Shown here: one piece after another, positions 41,765 through 56,139 of the stretch
Layout: each line of letters opens with the position of its first letter
How positions within the stretch are numbered: position 1 is the first letter of the stretch
Source: the human T2T-CHM13v2.0 reference genome, Homo sapiens
NCBI RefSeq assembly: GCF_009914755.1
Contig: NC_060935.1
Direction: 5' to 3' (one strand)
DNA length: 64,000 nucleotides
The notes under the pieces: generated by a model
What the model was told of the DNA's origin: nothing
Databases searched by the model: none
What the model saw: the letters and a program-made list of their open reading frames with translations, nothing else
Made by a program: the position numbers and the translations under genes

Positions 41765-42975
41765 TTCTACAAAGCCTTGCGTGAACTGATCCTTGCCATT
41801 TCTTCCAATATAGCCTACATTCTCCTGTGTCCGGAATTGGTTCCTTCTGATGGGTTCTTAGACTTGCTGACTTCAAGAATGATGCCACAGACCCTCGCAG
41901 TGAGTGTTACAGTTCATAAAGGCAGTGCTTCCAGAGTTGTTTGTTCCTCCCAGTGGGTTCATAGTCTGTCTGGCTTCAGGAGTGAAGCCGCAGAACTTTG
42001 CAGTGAGCGTTACAGTTCATAAACGCGGCATGTCTGGAGTTGTTCGTTCCTCCTGGTGGGTGCATAGTCTTGCTGGCTTCAGAAGTGAAGCTGCAAACCT
42101 TCAAGGTGACTGTTACAGCTCATAAACATAGTTCGGATCTTAAGAGCGTGCAACAGCAAGATTTGTTGCAAAAAGCAAAAGAATAAACCTTCCACACCAC
42201 ACAAAGGGACCCAAGCTAGTTGCCACTGTTGGCTCTGGTGGCTTACTTTTATTCCCTTATTTAGCCCAACCCACATCCTGCTGATTGGTTCATTTTACAG
42301 AGAGTTGATTGGTCCATTTTACAGAGTGCTGATTGGTCCATTTTACAGTGTGCCGATTGGTCCGTTTTACACAGTGCTGATTGGTCTGTTTTACAGAGTG
42401 CTGATTGGTCCGTTTTTACAGAGTGCTGATTGGTGCATTTACAAACCTTTAGCTAGACACAGGGTGTTGATTGGTGCATTTACAATCCTCTAGCTAGCCA
42501 GAAAAGTTCTCCAAGTCCCCACCCCACCCAGAAGCCCAGCTGGCTTCACTTCTCACTACTGATACCCGAAAGACTTGCATTCTGTCTTCTAAATGCCTCC
42601 AAAACTCCAAGGTCTGGCTTATTCCATTTTTATGCATTGCCATCTTCATAACAGTACACTCCCCAGTACCATCTTTAAAACTTACAAGTATTTCTTTCAA
42701 TTTTTTAACTTAAATTTCAAGGAGACATTTTCTAACCATACAATATAAAGGCATTTCAGCCTTCCCTCAGTTATACCATGTTTTATGCCTTTATATATTT
42801 TACCCAACACTTATTCTGCTCTGTGATTCTTACTTTGTTTTTGTTTGATTGCTTTTGCTTTGTTAGAATATAAACTTGATGAGGGAAATAATTCTGACTA
42901 TATTCACATTCATTTCATCATTAGTAGTTGGCACTGAGCAGTCACTTAGTGAATATTCTTTGAATTAATGGAAAT
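41765..42975 (+). mobile_element. L2 3' fragment split by LTR12
   Basis: TTAGAATATAAACTTGATGAGGG...TGGCACTGAGCAGTCACTTAGTGAATATT. Confidence 0.6.
41826..42555 (-). mobile_element. LTR12 (ERV9) solo LTR
   Basis: TGTGTCCGGAATTGG...CTGGCTTCACTTCTCA; TSD CTCC/CTAC; 8 GATTGG units. Confidence 0.95.
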
Positions 42976-43419
42976 GAGAAGGAAAGGTAGAAAGGAAGGA
43001 AAAAGGAAGTGAAGGAGGTAGAGAGAGGGAGAATGTGTAAGCTTAGAAAGCACTGTATTTATTTTTCTTTTTTAAGCTTCAACTCATTGTTTAATCTGTA
43101 ATATGGTGAGACATAGTCCTCTGTGTGAAGAAAGGCACTTCATGTAATTTTGACATTTTTAAGAGTTTCCAAATTGACCTATTATTGATGTTCATGTTAC
43201 TTTAGAGAGAACATTAATGAGAATTTCATATATTGAGCAATATATACAATTTTGTACATCTAGAACAAAGAGTGATAAACCTCTCAGCTAGATTCCCTAT
43301 TGCACAAATTGACAAAAATCTCCCAGCGCCCACAAGGTGCATCTATAAAATAAAGGGGTATTTTTTTATAAGAAGAATACTTCTGTCTTGATTGCCCTAT
43401 TCTTTTTTTTACAATTAGG

Positions 43420-46400
43420 ATTTTATTTGTCTTTTTTGCTGATGCACAATAATTGTACACATTTATGGAGTGCATATGTTATTTCAATATATGCATACAG
43501 TGTGCATTGATCAAATCAGGGTAATTAGAATATCCATCACCTCAAACATGTATCATTTCATTCTTCACATGCAGTTATTTTGAAATAGACAATGAATTAT
43601 TGTCAATTACAATCATTCTACTGTGATATCCAACAGGAGTACTTAGTCATTCTATCTCACTTCAGTTTCCTACTCATTAACCAACCTCTCATCATCCTCA
43701 CTTCCTAACCTAAACTTCCTGGCCTTTGCTATCTATCATTCTATTCTCTACCTCCATAAGATCAACTTTTTTACTTCACACATATAAGTGAGAACATGTG
43801 ATATTTGTTTCTCTGTGCCTTATTTCTGTTAACATAATGTCCTCCAGTTCCATCCGTGTTGCTACAAGTGACAGAATTTTATTCTTTGTAATGGCTAAAT
43901 AATATTCCATTGTGTATGTATACCACATTTTCTTTATCTGTTCATCTATTGATGGACACTTACGTTGAATTCATATTTTGGCTATTGTGAACATAGCTTC
44001 AATATATATCTCTCCCATGTAGTTATTTTCTTTCTTTCAGATATATACCCAGCAGTGAGATTGCTGAATCATATGGTAGGTCTATTTTTAGTTTTTTGAG
44101 GAACTTTCTTACTATTTCCCATAGTGGTTGTTCTAATTTACATTCCCATCATCCGTGTGTTTTTTCCTTTGAATGCATCCTCATCAGCATTTTGTTATTT
44201 TTTGCTGTTTTTTACAATAGCCATTTAACTGGGATGAGATGATATCGCATTCTGGTTTTGAGCTGCATTTCTTTGACGATTAGTGATCTCCAACATTTTT
44301 TCATATACGTGTTGGTCATTTGTATGTTTTGTGAAATGTCTATTTGGATCTTTTTTCCGATTTTAATTTGACTATTATTATATTTTTACTTTTGGCCTGT
44401 TTTTCTTTTATATTGTGATTATTAATCCCTTGTCAGATGAATAGTTTACAAATATTTTCTCCTATTATGTGGAAACAAAATTTATTGTTTGCTTTGCTGT
44501 GCAGCAGCTTTGCAGCTTAATGTAATCCCTTATGTCTGTTTTTGTTTTTGTTGCCTGTGTTTTTGAAATCTTAGCCCCAAAATCTTTACCCAAACCAATG
44601 TCCTGAAGCACTTCCTCAGTGTTTTCTTCTAGTAATTTCAGTTTCAGATCTTACATTAGAGTATTTAATCCATTTTGAGTTGATTTTTTATATATAGTGT
44701 GAGATAGGGGTCTAGTTTTATTCTTCTTCATACGGATACCCAGTGTTCTTAGCACCATTTATTACACAGATTCTCCTTTTCCCAATATATGTCTTTAAGA
44801 TCTTTGTTAAAAATGAGTTGGCTGTAAATGTGTGGCTGTATACTTGGATTTCTATTTAATTTCATTGGGCTATTTGTCTGGTTTTACGGCAGTACTGTGC
44901 TGTTTTGTTTACAATGTTTGGAGCATATTTTGACATCAGGTAGTGTGATGCTTCCAGCTTTGTTCTTTTTAATCAGGATTGCCTTGGCTATATGTGGTCT
45001 TTTCTGGTGCCATGTAAATTTTAGGATTGTTCTTGTACATTTTCTTCTTCTACTGAAAAATGGCGTTTGTATTTTGATAGGGATTGCATTGAATCTCTAG
45101 ATTGCTTTTGGTAGTGTGGTCATTTTAACAATATTAATTCTTTTAATCTATGGACACAGGATATGGTTTCACTATTTGTGACCCCTTCAATTTCCTTCAT
45201 CAGTGTTTTATAGTTTTCTTTGTAGAGATGTTTCACTTCCTTGGTTAAATTTATTCCTATGTATTTTGTAGTTATTGTAAATGGGATTACTGTCTTGACT
45301 TTTTTCAGATGGCTCACTATTGGTGTATAGAAATGCTACTGATTTTTGTATGTTGATTTTGAATAAAGCAAATTTACTGAATTCAGTTACTAGTTCTAAC
45401 AGTATTTTGGTGGAATCTTTAGCTCTTTCTAAATAGAAGATTATGTCATCTGCAAACAGGGACAATTTCACTTTTTCTTGCTTAATTAGTCTGTTTAGGA
45501 CTTTCAGTTCTGTATTGAATAAAAGTAGTGAAAGTGGGCATCCTTGTCTTTTTTTGAGATTTTAGAGGAAAGACTTTTAATTTTGTCTCATTCAGTATTA
45601 TATTAACTGTGGGTTTACCATATATGGCCTTAATTGTTTTGATATCTGTTCCTTCTACACCAAGTTTTTTGAGGGTTTTAATCATGAATGGATGTTAAAT
45701 TTTATTGAATATCATTAATATCAATTTTTTCAAGCTATTTCAGAACATTAAAGAGGAGGGATTACATCCAAACTCATCTAAAAGGTCAGCATAACCCTGA
45801 TGCCAAAACAATAGATGCTTTCTCAGCATCTATTGAAATAATCATATGATTTTTGTTCTTGATTCTTTTAATGTAATATGTGGCATTTATTGATTGGTGT
45901 ACACTGAATCATCCTTGAATCCCTGTGATGAATCCACTTGATCATCATGAATGAACTTTTCAATGTGTTGTTGAATTTGGTTTACTGGGAGTTTGTTGAA
46001 GATTTTTGCGTCTATATTCATCAGGGTTATTGACCTGTAGTTTTCTTTCTCCATTATGTTCTTGTATGGTTTTGGCATCAGGGTTATGCTGACCTTTTAG
46101 ATGAGTTTGGATGTAATCCCTCCTCTTTAATGTTTTTGAAATAATTGGAGAAAAATTGATATTAATGATGCTTTTAATGTTTTGTAGAATCTAGCAGCTA
46201 ATCCTTCAGGCCCTGGGCTTTTCTTTGGTGAGACATCTTTTATTACTGCTTTGATCTCATTACTTATTATCAGTCTTGTCAGAATTTCTGTTTCTTCACG
46301 GTTCAATCTTTGTCAGTTGTATGTCCAGAAACTTATCTGTTTCTTCTAAGTTTCCTAATAGTTTCTGATGATCCTTTGTATTTCTGTGGTATCAATTTTA

Positions 46401-48980
46401 ATGTCTCTTTTTTCATCTCTGATTTTATTAATTTGAATCTTCTCTTTTTTTAGTTATTCTAGTTAGTTTCTCAATTCTATCTTTTTTAAAGGCCAACTTT
46501 TTGTTTTATTGATGTTTTTGCATTATTTTTAGTCTAAAATTTATTTCTACTCTGATATTTATTTTTATTTTTTTTTCTCTTGCTGGGTTTGGAAGATTTT
46601 CTTTTCATTTGTTCTTGTTTTTTTTTTTTTTTTTTTTTAGTCCATTGTGGTGTATCATTAGTTTGTTTATTTTAAGTCTTTCTCCTTTTTTGATGTGGAC
46701 ATTTATCGCTATAACCTTCCTTCAGAACTATTTTTGCCATATCCCATAGGTTTTGGTATGTTGTGATTTCATTTTTATTTATCTCAAGAAATTTTAATAT
46801 TTGCTTTGAAATTTCTTCCTTGATCCATTTGTCATTCAAGAGCATGTTGTTTATTTTCCATAAATTTGTACAGTTTCCAATATTCTTCTGTTATTTATTT
46901 CTAGTTTTATATCATTGTGGTCAGAAAAGATACTAGATATGGTTTTCATTTATTTAAATTTATTAAGACCTGCTTTTTACCTAACATATGGTTTATCCTG
47001 AAGAATATTCCATGTGATGTTGAGAAATACGTGCATTCTGCAGCTGTTGGAATATTCTTTAATTGCTTGTTTAAATAAATCTACTTCATTTTGTCTATAG
47101 TGCAGTTTAAATTCAATGTTTGTTAATTTTTTGACTGAATGATCTGTCCGTTGCTGAAAGTGAGGTGCGGAACAGCCTTATTATTACTGTATTGCAGTCA
47201 GCCTCTCCCTTTAGGTTTATTAATATTTGTTCCATATATTTAGGTGCTCCAGTATTGGGTGCATATGTGTCTATAATTGTTATATCTTCTTGCTATGTTG
47301 ACACTTTTTCATTATATAATGGCCTTTTTTGCCCTTTTGTTTTTTACTTAATCTCTACTTTATATAAGAATAGCTACTACTATTATTTTTTGTTTCCATT
47401 TTCATGGAGTAACTTTTTCCATCTCTTCACTCTCAGTCTGTGTGCCAACAGATGTGAGGTGAGTTTCTTGTAGATAGTATACATTATATATTAGGATTTA
47501 AAAAATACATCAGCCACTCTTTTAGCTGGATAATTTAAATTATTTATATTGATATGTCCGGCTTTACTACTGCCATCTTATTACTTGTTTCTGATTGTTA
47601 GATCCTTCTTTTTTTCTGTCTTTCCTAGTTGTTAAGTGATTTTTTTCTTCTGTTTGATCAATTCTGCTGTTAGAGCTTTCTAATAATTTTTTCAGATTAA
47701 TTATTATATTCTTAATTTCTAGGATTTCTCTTTGTGTTTTCTCAAATTTTGTCTATATCTTTGTCAAGCCTGGAAATTCGGATTTTTTTCCAAATTTCAT
47801 TTCGTTCTCTATCTGTACTTTTGTGTAATACCCTGAAATTCTTAAGAGGTTTATTCTGAATTCTCTGACCTTGCATAAATTTTTAGTGCTTCTGCGTTCT
47901 TTGCTAGAACTCCACTGGTTTATTTTGGTGGTGTCACATTTTCTTGAGTTTTTGCAGTCCTTGTGACTTTCTGTTGGTGCCTGTGCATTACAATCATCAC
48001 TTCTTCTAGTTTTGCAGGTATTCTTTGGTGGTGGTAGGTTTTTTTTCTGCTTAGTGTTGGAACTTGAACTCTGGCCTGTGATTTCTTCCAATTTTGAGGA
48101 AGACTAATAGTGAACACCAGAACTAAAACACTTCACTGGAACTGACTTGTTATCCTGGTATGTTATTTCCAGTCTGGGGAATACTTACAGTGCTCACAGA
48201 AACCTAAATACTGCTTTGGAACTAAATCACTTCTTTCCTATTTTTTCCTAATCTGGGGAAGGCTTATAGTGTGCACCAAAACTTAAACTTTGCCCCAGAG
48301 GAATTTTGCTGTTCTGCCATTTTATTTTCCCCATTCTAGGGAAGACTTAAGTGGGCACTGAAGCTTAAGCCTGACCCTTTAATTGTTTCTGAGTCAGGAG
48401 TAACCTCCACAAGAGCACCTGGGCTTTGTGAAAAATACAACCAGGGATTCATACCTTGCTGTAGATTGTGTCTATGCAGCAATATGGCGCTGGTCAGTCT
48501 CTTCAATTTGGCATACCCAGTGATCTCAGCATGCAGTAGCCATCAAGATCAATGTGCCAAAGGCTGCAATTATTGCCCTGCTCTTTGTATGTAACTAATC
48601 CCAGATAGTCCAGCCCTCCTGGTACTCTCATTGGTTCCCATGAGATTGGACAAAAGTTGGCTTACCACAGAGATTCCCAGACCAATAGGAAAATAAAATG
48701 TCTATCTAAAATTTCCTCCTCTCACCTCAGAAACCACGAGTCTTAGAAAATTCTCTGTGAGTAGCATTATGCTGGCTTGGAGGAGGGGCCGTTATAGTCT
48801 GAAATTACTCATCATGTTTTTTTTTTCTAAATTCTTTGACCCAGGGAGTTTTTCCACTTCTCCTCTGAGTTCTGGTGAATTCATGGTTGTATCTTTTTAT
48901 TTGAATAATTTCTTTTTATATTTTTTTGGGGGAGTCATGCCATGGAATCTTCTGTTCTGCCATCTTGCTGATGTTCCTCA
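43420..48980 (-). mobile_element. Near full-length decayed L1MA with internal deletions
   Basis: 3'UTR at left; ORF2 remnants (ORF 45208-45471 [10 protein letters not shown]; 45887-46078 [16 protein letters not shown]); 5'-end motif TCTGCCATCTTGCTGA near 48960. Confidence 0.88.
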
Positions 48981-50589
48981 GCCTTATCAGTTCTTCATTA
49001 TCATGTTGATACATCTGAGATAGAAAATATTAGGAAAACAAAATTGCTGTCAGTAAAAAATAAAATGAAAAGACAAGTGTTATTATAAAATCTATTGTGT
49101 GAGATTTATAATTATTTCAGAATGTCAGAAAATTTTTCTCCAATCCCTAATATCTTTTTGTACCATTTTATTGAAAATAAATGTAAAGTAAGACTTAAGA
49201 ATTATCTAAGAGTAAGAATTCTTTATACTTTATAGATGCGGTACATGAGATTGGAAAGACAATAACTGTATTTTCTGATACTGGCATTTATATTTATTCA
49301 TGTATGCATTATCTGTTGTCTGATTATCTTCTAAGCTTACTAAAGAGAATTCTACTAAATACCTGTTTTCTCAAAATTATTAAATGCATTTCAAATCTTA
49401 ACCCTACCTACTTAGGCTTTTCTGTATCTTTTTAATAATGAGCCTTCAAGTATTAAAGTTGGTCTTTGTCATTTGCAGAAAAAGAACAAAAGACATGTTG
49501 CATTTTTTTGTCTTTTCCAACTATTAATTTTAATTGCCTTCATAAAAGCATTAGTCAAAGAAGACAGCTTCAGTACTATAGATGTATTTTCTAAGCTTAC
49601 CATTTGTGAGTGTACATCACACATGGAATCTTTAAGCTACTATTTTTATAGTTTAAGTAATTAACATATGGCAGCCTGCTTCACCAAGGGTGGTTTTTGA
49701 AGATAAAGCATCTGATTTGATTTTGATTCAAGTCTTAACTGAGTCTTATAAGGACTATCTTCCGAATCATAAACATTTTTTTAAATATAATATTTGTATT
49801 AGAAAAAATAAAAAGAATTATGTTCCCATTATAATAGAGAAAACATGAATATTAACCCATCCTAACATTCCATCTTATTAATTTGTAAACTATAAACATG
49901 AAGAGAATATATTTTGTCAAGCCATGTGAAAAAATTATTATTGAATCATTACAATGCTATTATTTATGTATATTACTATAATGCTATAGTTGATAATTTG
50001 TTTGACTAATATAGCTTAATAAATATAAAATATTTTTAATAATTTTTAAAATACTTTGGGATTTTCAAAAATTATTTGATGCAGGATTTGTCATAAAATA
50101 GCCAGAATTTCCTTATGTAGATAATTTGATTATAATCAGGGCACAATAATGGCTGTTATTAGAATATGGAATTTCAAAATATAGGGAAGGGTAAGGTTAA
50201 AACGAACTTTAGTAATAAAGAAAGGTTTTATGTCAGAGCTGATGTGCTGAATCTTGAAATGTAGGTAAAATTTACAATGGTAGAGATGAGAGAAGAAAGA
50301 AATCTAAACCTGAGAAGAGAGTGTCAGCATATGATACAGGCTAATTAAAAAGACGCTTCTCCATGAATCTAAGTGAATTAATAATGAATATTGCCAAAGT
50401 GATCTTTTATATCCACAATTGTTATAATTTTATCAAAGTGACAGTGATTAATAATGATGAATTATAGAGGCAATATTAATATTTCTGTTTAACTTGTAAG
50501 GTAATTTTCAGTGATAATTAAGGTTACACTAAGTAAACCAAAGTGAAATTATATTGATTTAACTAATACTAATGAATGATTCTTAATTT

Positions 50590-50800
50590 AGTCTTAAACA
50601 CATTTGATTGAATGTCTATTGTGGACTAGATTCTAAATTAGACATGCAGGTGGGAATATGAGTAAGGCATATTCCTCAGGTTTAAACATACTAGATACTC
50701 TGTTAAGGAAGACACTAATATAAATGCATGCAGTATAACACAATGTAATGTTTTCAAAGGTAAATAAAGAGGCTGGTCTATGCAGACATGGCCAGAACCA
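50590..50800 (-). mobile_element. L2 3' fragment
   Basis: CATTTGATTGAATGTCTATTGTG...TAAGGAAGACAC. Confidence 0.5.
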
Positions 50801-51835
50801 GTTAATATGTATTAAAACATCACTGTAGTGATCAAAAATTATCACTTTTTGATAAGAGTTAAGAGATTTTATTTAACCAGACACTCATGGAGTACAGCAT
50901 GAGGGTAGAAGAGATATTTTGATAATTTGGATAGGATAAAAGAGTAAGGATTTTATTCTTCCTTCCAATGAAATCTACACGAGAAATATTAGCATCACTA
51001 TACCAAACTTTGAAAAGGGTAGTTGTTTTTTTGCAAGATTTTTGTTTTGGTTGATTTGAATGAATATGATTAGTGCCAAAACAGAGCTACTTCAGACGGT
51101 AATAAGCTGAATAGTCCTCCAGTATTTCTTCTCTATACTTCACCAAATTCCTATATACAATTGTACAGTTTGTATATGAGGAACAAATCAGGCTGAAGAA
51201 AGACATGGAAATCAAACAGTCTGGTTCAATATGAAAGAGATTTATTGGGGTTATAATTTACTACATCTAAATAGGAATGAAACTGGGGAAGTAGTTTTCT
51301 GCATTCTTAATTTTTTCCTTCAACTTTGTGTTGAAGTTCTGAGGAACATGTGCAGGATGCACAGGTTTGTTACATAGGTAAGTGTGTGCCATGGTGCTTT
51401 GCTGCACAGATCAACCCATCACCTGGGTATTAAGCCCAGTATCCATTAGCTATTCTTAATCCTCTTCCTCCACCCACCCCCTGCCCTTCAACAAGCCTCA
51501 GTTTTGTTGTTTTCCCCAGTGTGTCCATGTGTTCTCATGATTCAGCTCCCACTTATAAGTGAGAACATGTGGTGTTTGATTTACTGTTTCTACATTAGTT
51601 TCCTGAGGATAATGGCTTCCAGCTCCATCCATGTCCCTGCAAAGGACACAGTCTCCTTCGTTTTTTATGGCCGCATAGTATTCCATGGTGTACATGTACC
51701 ACATTTTTTTTTAATCCAGTGTATCATTGATGGGAATTTGGGTTAATCCTATGTCTTTGCTATTGTGAATAGTGCACAGTGCACATATGTGTGCATGTAT
51801 CTTTATAATAGAATGATTTATATTCCTTTAGATAT

Positions 51836-52206
51836 TGTAATAGTCCGTTCTCATGCTGCTACAAAGAACTGCCCCAGAAATTTATAAAGGAAAGAGGTTT
51901 AATTGACTCACAATTCAGCATGGCTGGGGAGGCCTCAGGAAACTTACAATCATGGCAGAAGGGGAAGCAACTGTGTCCTTCTTAATGTGGTGGCAGGAGA
52001 GAATAATGCCAAACAAAGAAGGGAAAGCCCCTTATAAAACCATCAGCTCTCATGATAACTGACTCACTATCAATATGAGAACAGCGTGAGGGTAACCACC
52101 CCCATGATTCAATTACCTCCCATTGGTTCCCTCCTACGACATGTAGAGATTATGAAAAGTATAATTCAAAATGAGATTTGGGTGGGGACACAGCAAAACT
52201 GTATCA
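51836..52206 (-). mobile_element. THE1D-like MaLR solo LTR
   Basis: TSD GATAT/GGTAT; THE1 termini. Confidence 0.9.
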
Positions 52207-52350
52207 GGTATATACCTAATAATGGGATTGCTGCATAAAATGGTATTTCTGCCTCTAGGTCTTTGAGGAATCGCCACACTGTCTTACACAATGGTTTAAC
52301 TAATTTACACTATCACGAACAGTGTATAAGCATCTTTTTTCCCTTTTGAC

Positions 52351-52658
52351 TTTTTTATTATTATTATTATTTTTTTTTGAGATGAAGTCTTGCTCTGTCC
52401 CCCAGGCTGGTGTGCAATGGTGCGATCTCGGCTCACTGCAAGCTCCCCTTCCTGGGTTCATGCCCTTCTCCTGCCTCAGCCTCCTGAGTATCTAGGACTA
52501 CAGGCGCCTGCCAACATGCCTGGCTAATTTTTTGTATTTTTAGTAGAGATGGGTTTCACCATGTTAGCCAGGATGGTCTCGATCTCCTGACCTCGTGATC
52601 TGCCCATTTCGGCCTCCCAAAGCGCTGGGATTACAGGATTAAGCCAACGCGCCCAGCC
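52351..52658 (-). mobile_element. AluY
   Basis: GCAAGCTCC and GTTAGCCAGGATGG; TTA-type tail. Confidence 0.93.
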
Positions 52659-54779
52659 GTCATTTTTTTAATAATACCCATTCTGACTGGTGCGAGATGG
52701 AATTACATTGTACTTTTGGTTTGCATTTTCTAATGATCTTTAATGTTGAGCCTTTATTCATATGATTGTTGGCTGCATGTGAGTTCATGTCATTTGACCA
52801 CTTTTTAATCGGGTTGCTTGTTTTTTCTCATAAATTTGTTTAAGTTCCTTATAGATGCTGGATATTAGACCTTTGCCGTATGTACAGTTTGCAAAACTTT
52901 TCTGCCATTCTATACGTTGTCTGTTTACTCTGTTAATTGTTTCTTTTGCTATGCAGATTCTCCTTAGTTTAATTAGATTCTGTTTGTCAATTTTTGCTTT
53001 TGTTGCAATTGCTTTGGCGCTTTCATCATGAAATCTTTGCCCATGCCTATGTCCTGAATGTTGTGGAAGTGCCATCAACATGTAATTTTCAGAGGACACA
53101 TTGTTTTACACAACTCAGAATTAGACTTTAGCCTCACTAGGACCACTGAACGAATAACAGTAAATATTAATTTATTATACAACTAGTGGATGGTGTGAAA
53201 GTGAGTTTACTGGTACGTATCCACCTCAATATGTATGCCTACATGGTAGTTAATAATGAATCAGCTGAAAATCTGAAAATTCTCATTAACTATCTCCCAA
53301 ACTAAATAATAAGACTTTTTAAAGTAAATATTATGTGTTAACTTCTCTAAGGTCCCTGTTTACATCTCAAAAATAGGTACATAATAGGTGACAAGATTAT
53401 TTGTTGCTGTTGATTGAAAAAATTGAGAATGATTATTTAAAACTGTAAATATAAATTAAATCCTGATTAAGTTTAAAAATATGCCACTATAAAGCATTTC
53501 TTCCAAAAACACACTTCATAAATAAATGCTGTATAAAAAGAGAGATATTCTACATAAATTGAAAAAAAATTATTTATTTTCGTAAAGTAGTGGTGAAGGA
53601 AGGTTGTTTTGATTCCACACTTTAACATCTTAGTTTGAACTCAAAAAATTTGCCAAGTTTCTATCTCTAGAGCCTAATTTTTTTCACATTTAATTCCATG
53701 AAGTTTTATAGTTATCTATTTTATTCCATATAATAATAACTCTGGGGATAGAACTCTGCAGAAGGAATTATCTAACTTTATATTCATTGGTCAATAAACA
53801 AATTTAATTTCAGCATATATCGTTATGAGTTCTAAAATTACTAATATAATTTAGAATCTTCTTTATCCTGAATTATGAAACTTTGGTTAATGAGAGCCAT
53901 GCTGTTACACAACCACACAAAATATGCAGGCAGAAACACAAGGACTTTGTGATCCTAAGCCACCATTTTGGATGAAGGGATTGTGTCTGTTTATATGTTT
54001 AGAGTTCCAGAGCCTATACAGTACCAGCACAAAATAGGGCATCAAGGAAGCTTTGTTAAATGTAACTAAACATCCAATACTCTTGCTCTTTAGTCCTACT
54101 CTGGGTACAAAAGTAGAAGATAGTTTACATTGTTACCTTATCACATTTTCATCTGAACAGTCTTCCTTAGAGCCAATGTTGTTCTTCTGTTTAAGAGATT
54201 ATTGTCCAAGAGAATAGTGATTGAGATTCAGAGAAGAAAAATTTATATAGCCTTTTAAATTCTACTTCTAAGATTTTTTTTTGAGCTGTGATTTGTTATC
54301 ATTTTTTGAAATCATATTATCTGTCTTTCTTTGTCTCTTCACTGACGTATTTTTAGGGTAATTGTTTAGCCAATGAAAAGATAAAACTGAGATAAGTGTA
54401 GGTAAATTGTCCATTTGAGGAGTTGAGATGAAAATAGTGAATACAATAACAGTTTAATAATCAGAAAGGATTGAGAGTTGAAAAGTAAGTGAGACCATGA
54501 TCTCAAAGTTAGAAAGTAACAAATATGAGCAAGAAAATTAGGCGAAACATTACCCAATCCTAAATAAAAGGGAAGTCTCATTCCCTTATCTGCATAATAG
54601 TTAAGAACACAGATATAGAGATATTCATACTTGAGCTTTGATTTTAGCCCCGCTACTTTCTACTGGTGCATTCCTGGGCCGTGAAGACTTTCTAAATTTA
54701 TTTTCTAATGTGGGGATAATATTTCAGTCTGAAATACTGCAAAAGTGATATTATTGTATCCATTTTAGAGGACACAGCT

Positions 54780-55345
54780 GTATCACAGCTTTTGGCAAAT
54801 GATATATTGTTGTTACTTTTGATCACCCAAGTAAAAGTGTTTCAGGTTTCTTCATCATATTGTTATTATTATTATTATTTTTAACATCTAATTAGCAATC
54901 TTTTGGGAGATACTTTGGAACCATTCCATTCAAATATATTGCTTGTCATAACATTTTTACTCTTTATGCTTAGTATCCTCTGATGAGTATTGCCCAAACC
55001 AATCTACCATAGTTATTGAAATATAGTGATTGACTAACTCCAGTACTTTCTTCCCATTTTCAGTCAACATTTCACTCACTCCCTTTTAATTTACAGATTT
55101 GTGTATTTATTTATCATTATCTCAGTGGTATGAACACATGAATTTCCATTTTGTATTCAATAGGTTGTAATCCATTACTGATCTTACTGATTTTCATTTA
55201 AAAATTTTTCAATATTTGGTCAATAGATGCTCCTTAATGCTGGCTTCTCTGTCCTTTTCACATGCCTCTATCTTGTTCTTGGGCACTCTCTTACTTTTGG
55301 CAGAAGATATTCCAGGCTAATTTTGTATGTTCTCTATCTGCCTTC
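54780..55345 (-). mobile_element. L1MC4-like 3' fragment
   Basis: GGGAGATACTTTGG; GTTGTAATCCATTACT; AAGATATTCCAGGCT. Confidence 0.65.
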
Positions 55346-56139
55346 GAGCCACCCATTTTTTCAAACAGAAAAACAAAGCAACAAATTAAAAAACACAAAA
55401 ATCAACAACAAAACAAACAAAAGGGAATACTGTATACATTAAACATTTTTGCAGACTAGAGAATTAATTTCATCCGACCAAGAGATAATTAGGGAAATTG
55501 CAGAAAAAATGAATATAGTGAACAGTTAATATATTTATTTTCAGATATGAGTAAAAATATGCAGAAATGTGAGTGGACGAATAGTGTGTAAACATTCCAG
55601 GTTCGAACAAAGTAGAAAGACTACAACGAAAAAACATGGGACCAGAAAAGATGGATAAAGGAGAAATAGAAAAAGATTATTGGATGTTTACAGATAACAG
55701 ATAAAAGTCAGAGAATGTCATTTAAAAAGGCAAATTCAATAATAAATAGAAGAGAATAAGAAAAATCAGGCAATAGAGAAAGAATAAGTAAGAATATAAA
55801 GCTTCCTCAATACCAAAATAATTTTTAAAAAGCAAAAAGACTCCACAAAAGTAAGAGGCACAGAAAATTTAATAACTTGGCAATTATGTCTGTTTAAACA
55901 TTTTCATTTCAGAATATTTAAAATACATTTAAAGCAATGGTCAAATAAAAAGTAATATTTGTATACTTTATGTCAATAAAAATGATTGCATCAACGTTAA
56001 TAAACTAAAATCTCAACTCAAAATGCTAGCAGAAGAGTGAGAAATAAATTTCACAAGAAGCATTGTCATCCTTGACTTTTAAAAGTATTAATTTCTTCTC
56101 CTCTACTTAACTTTTTCTGGAATTACAGTCACTTGGATT

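Larger units (their letters stand above)
51310..53063 (-). mobile_element. 5'-truncated L1PA (PA8-PA10-like) with THE1 and AluY insertions
   Basis: ACATGTGCAGGATGCACAGGTTTGTTACATAGG; ORF 52785-53099 contains ORF2-like KAIATKAKIDK. Confidence 0.92.

Noticed and set aside
44828-46078. RT-like peptides (LFADD; [14 protein letters not shown])
   Set aside because: Fragmented L1 ORF2 with stops and frameshifts; not an intact or novel reverse transcriptase.
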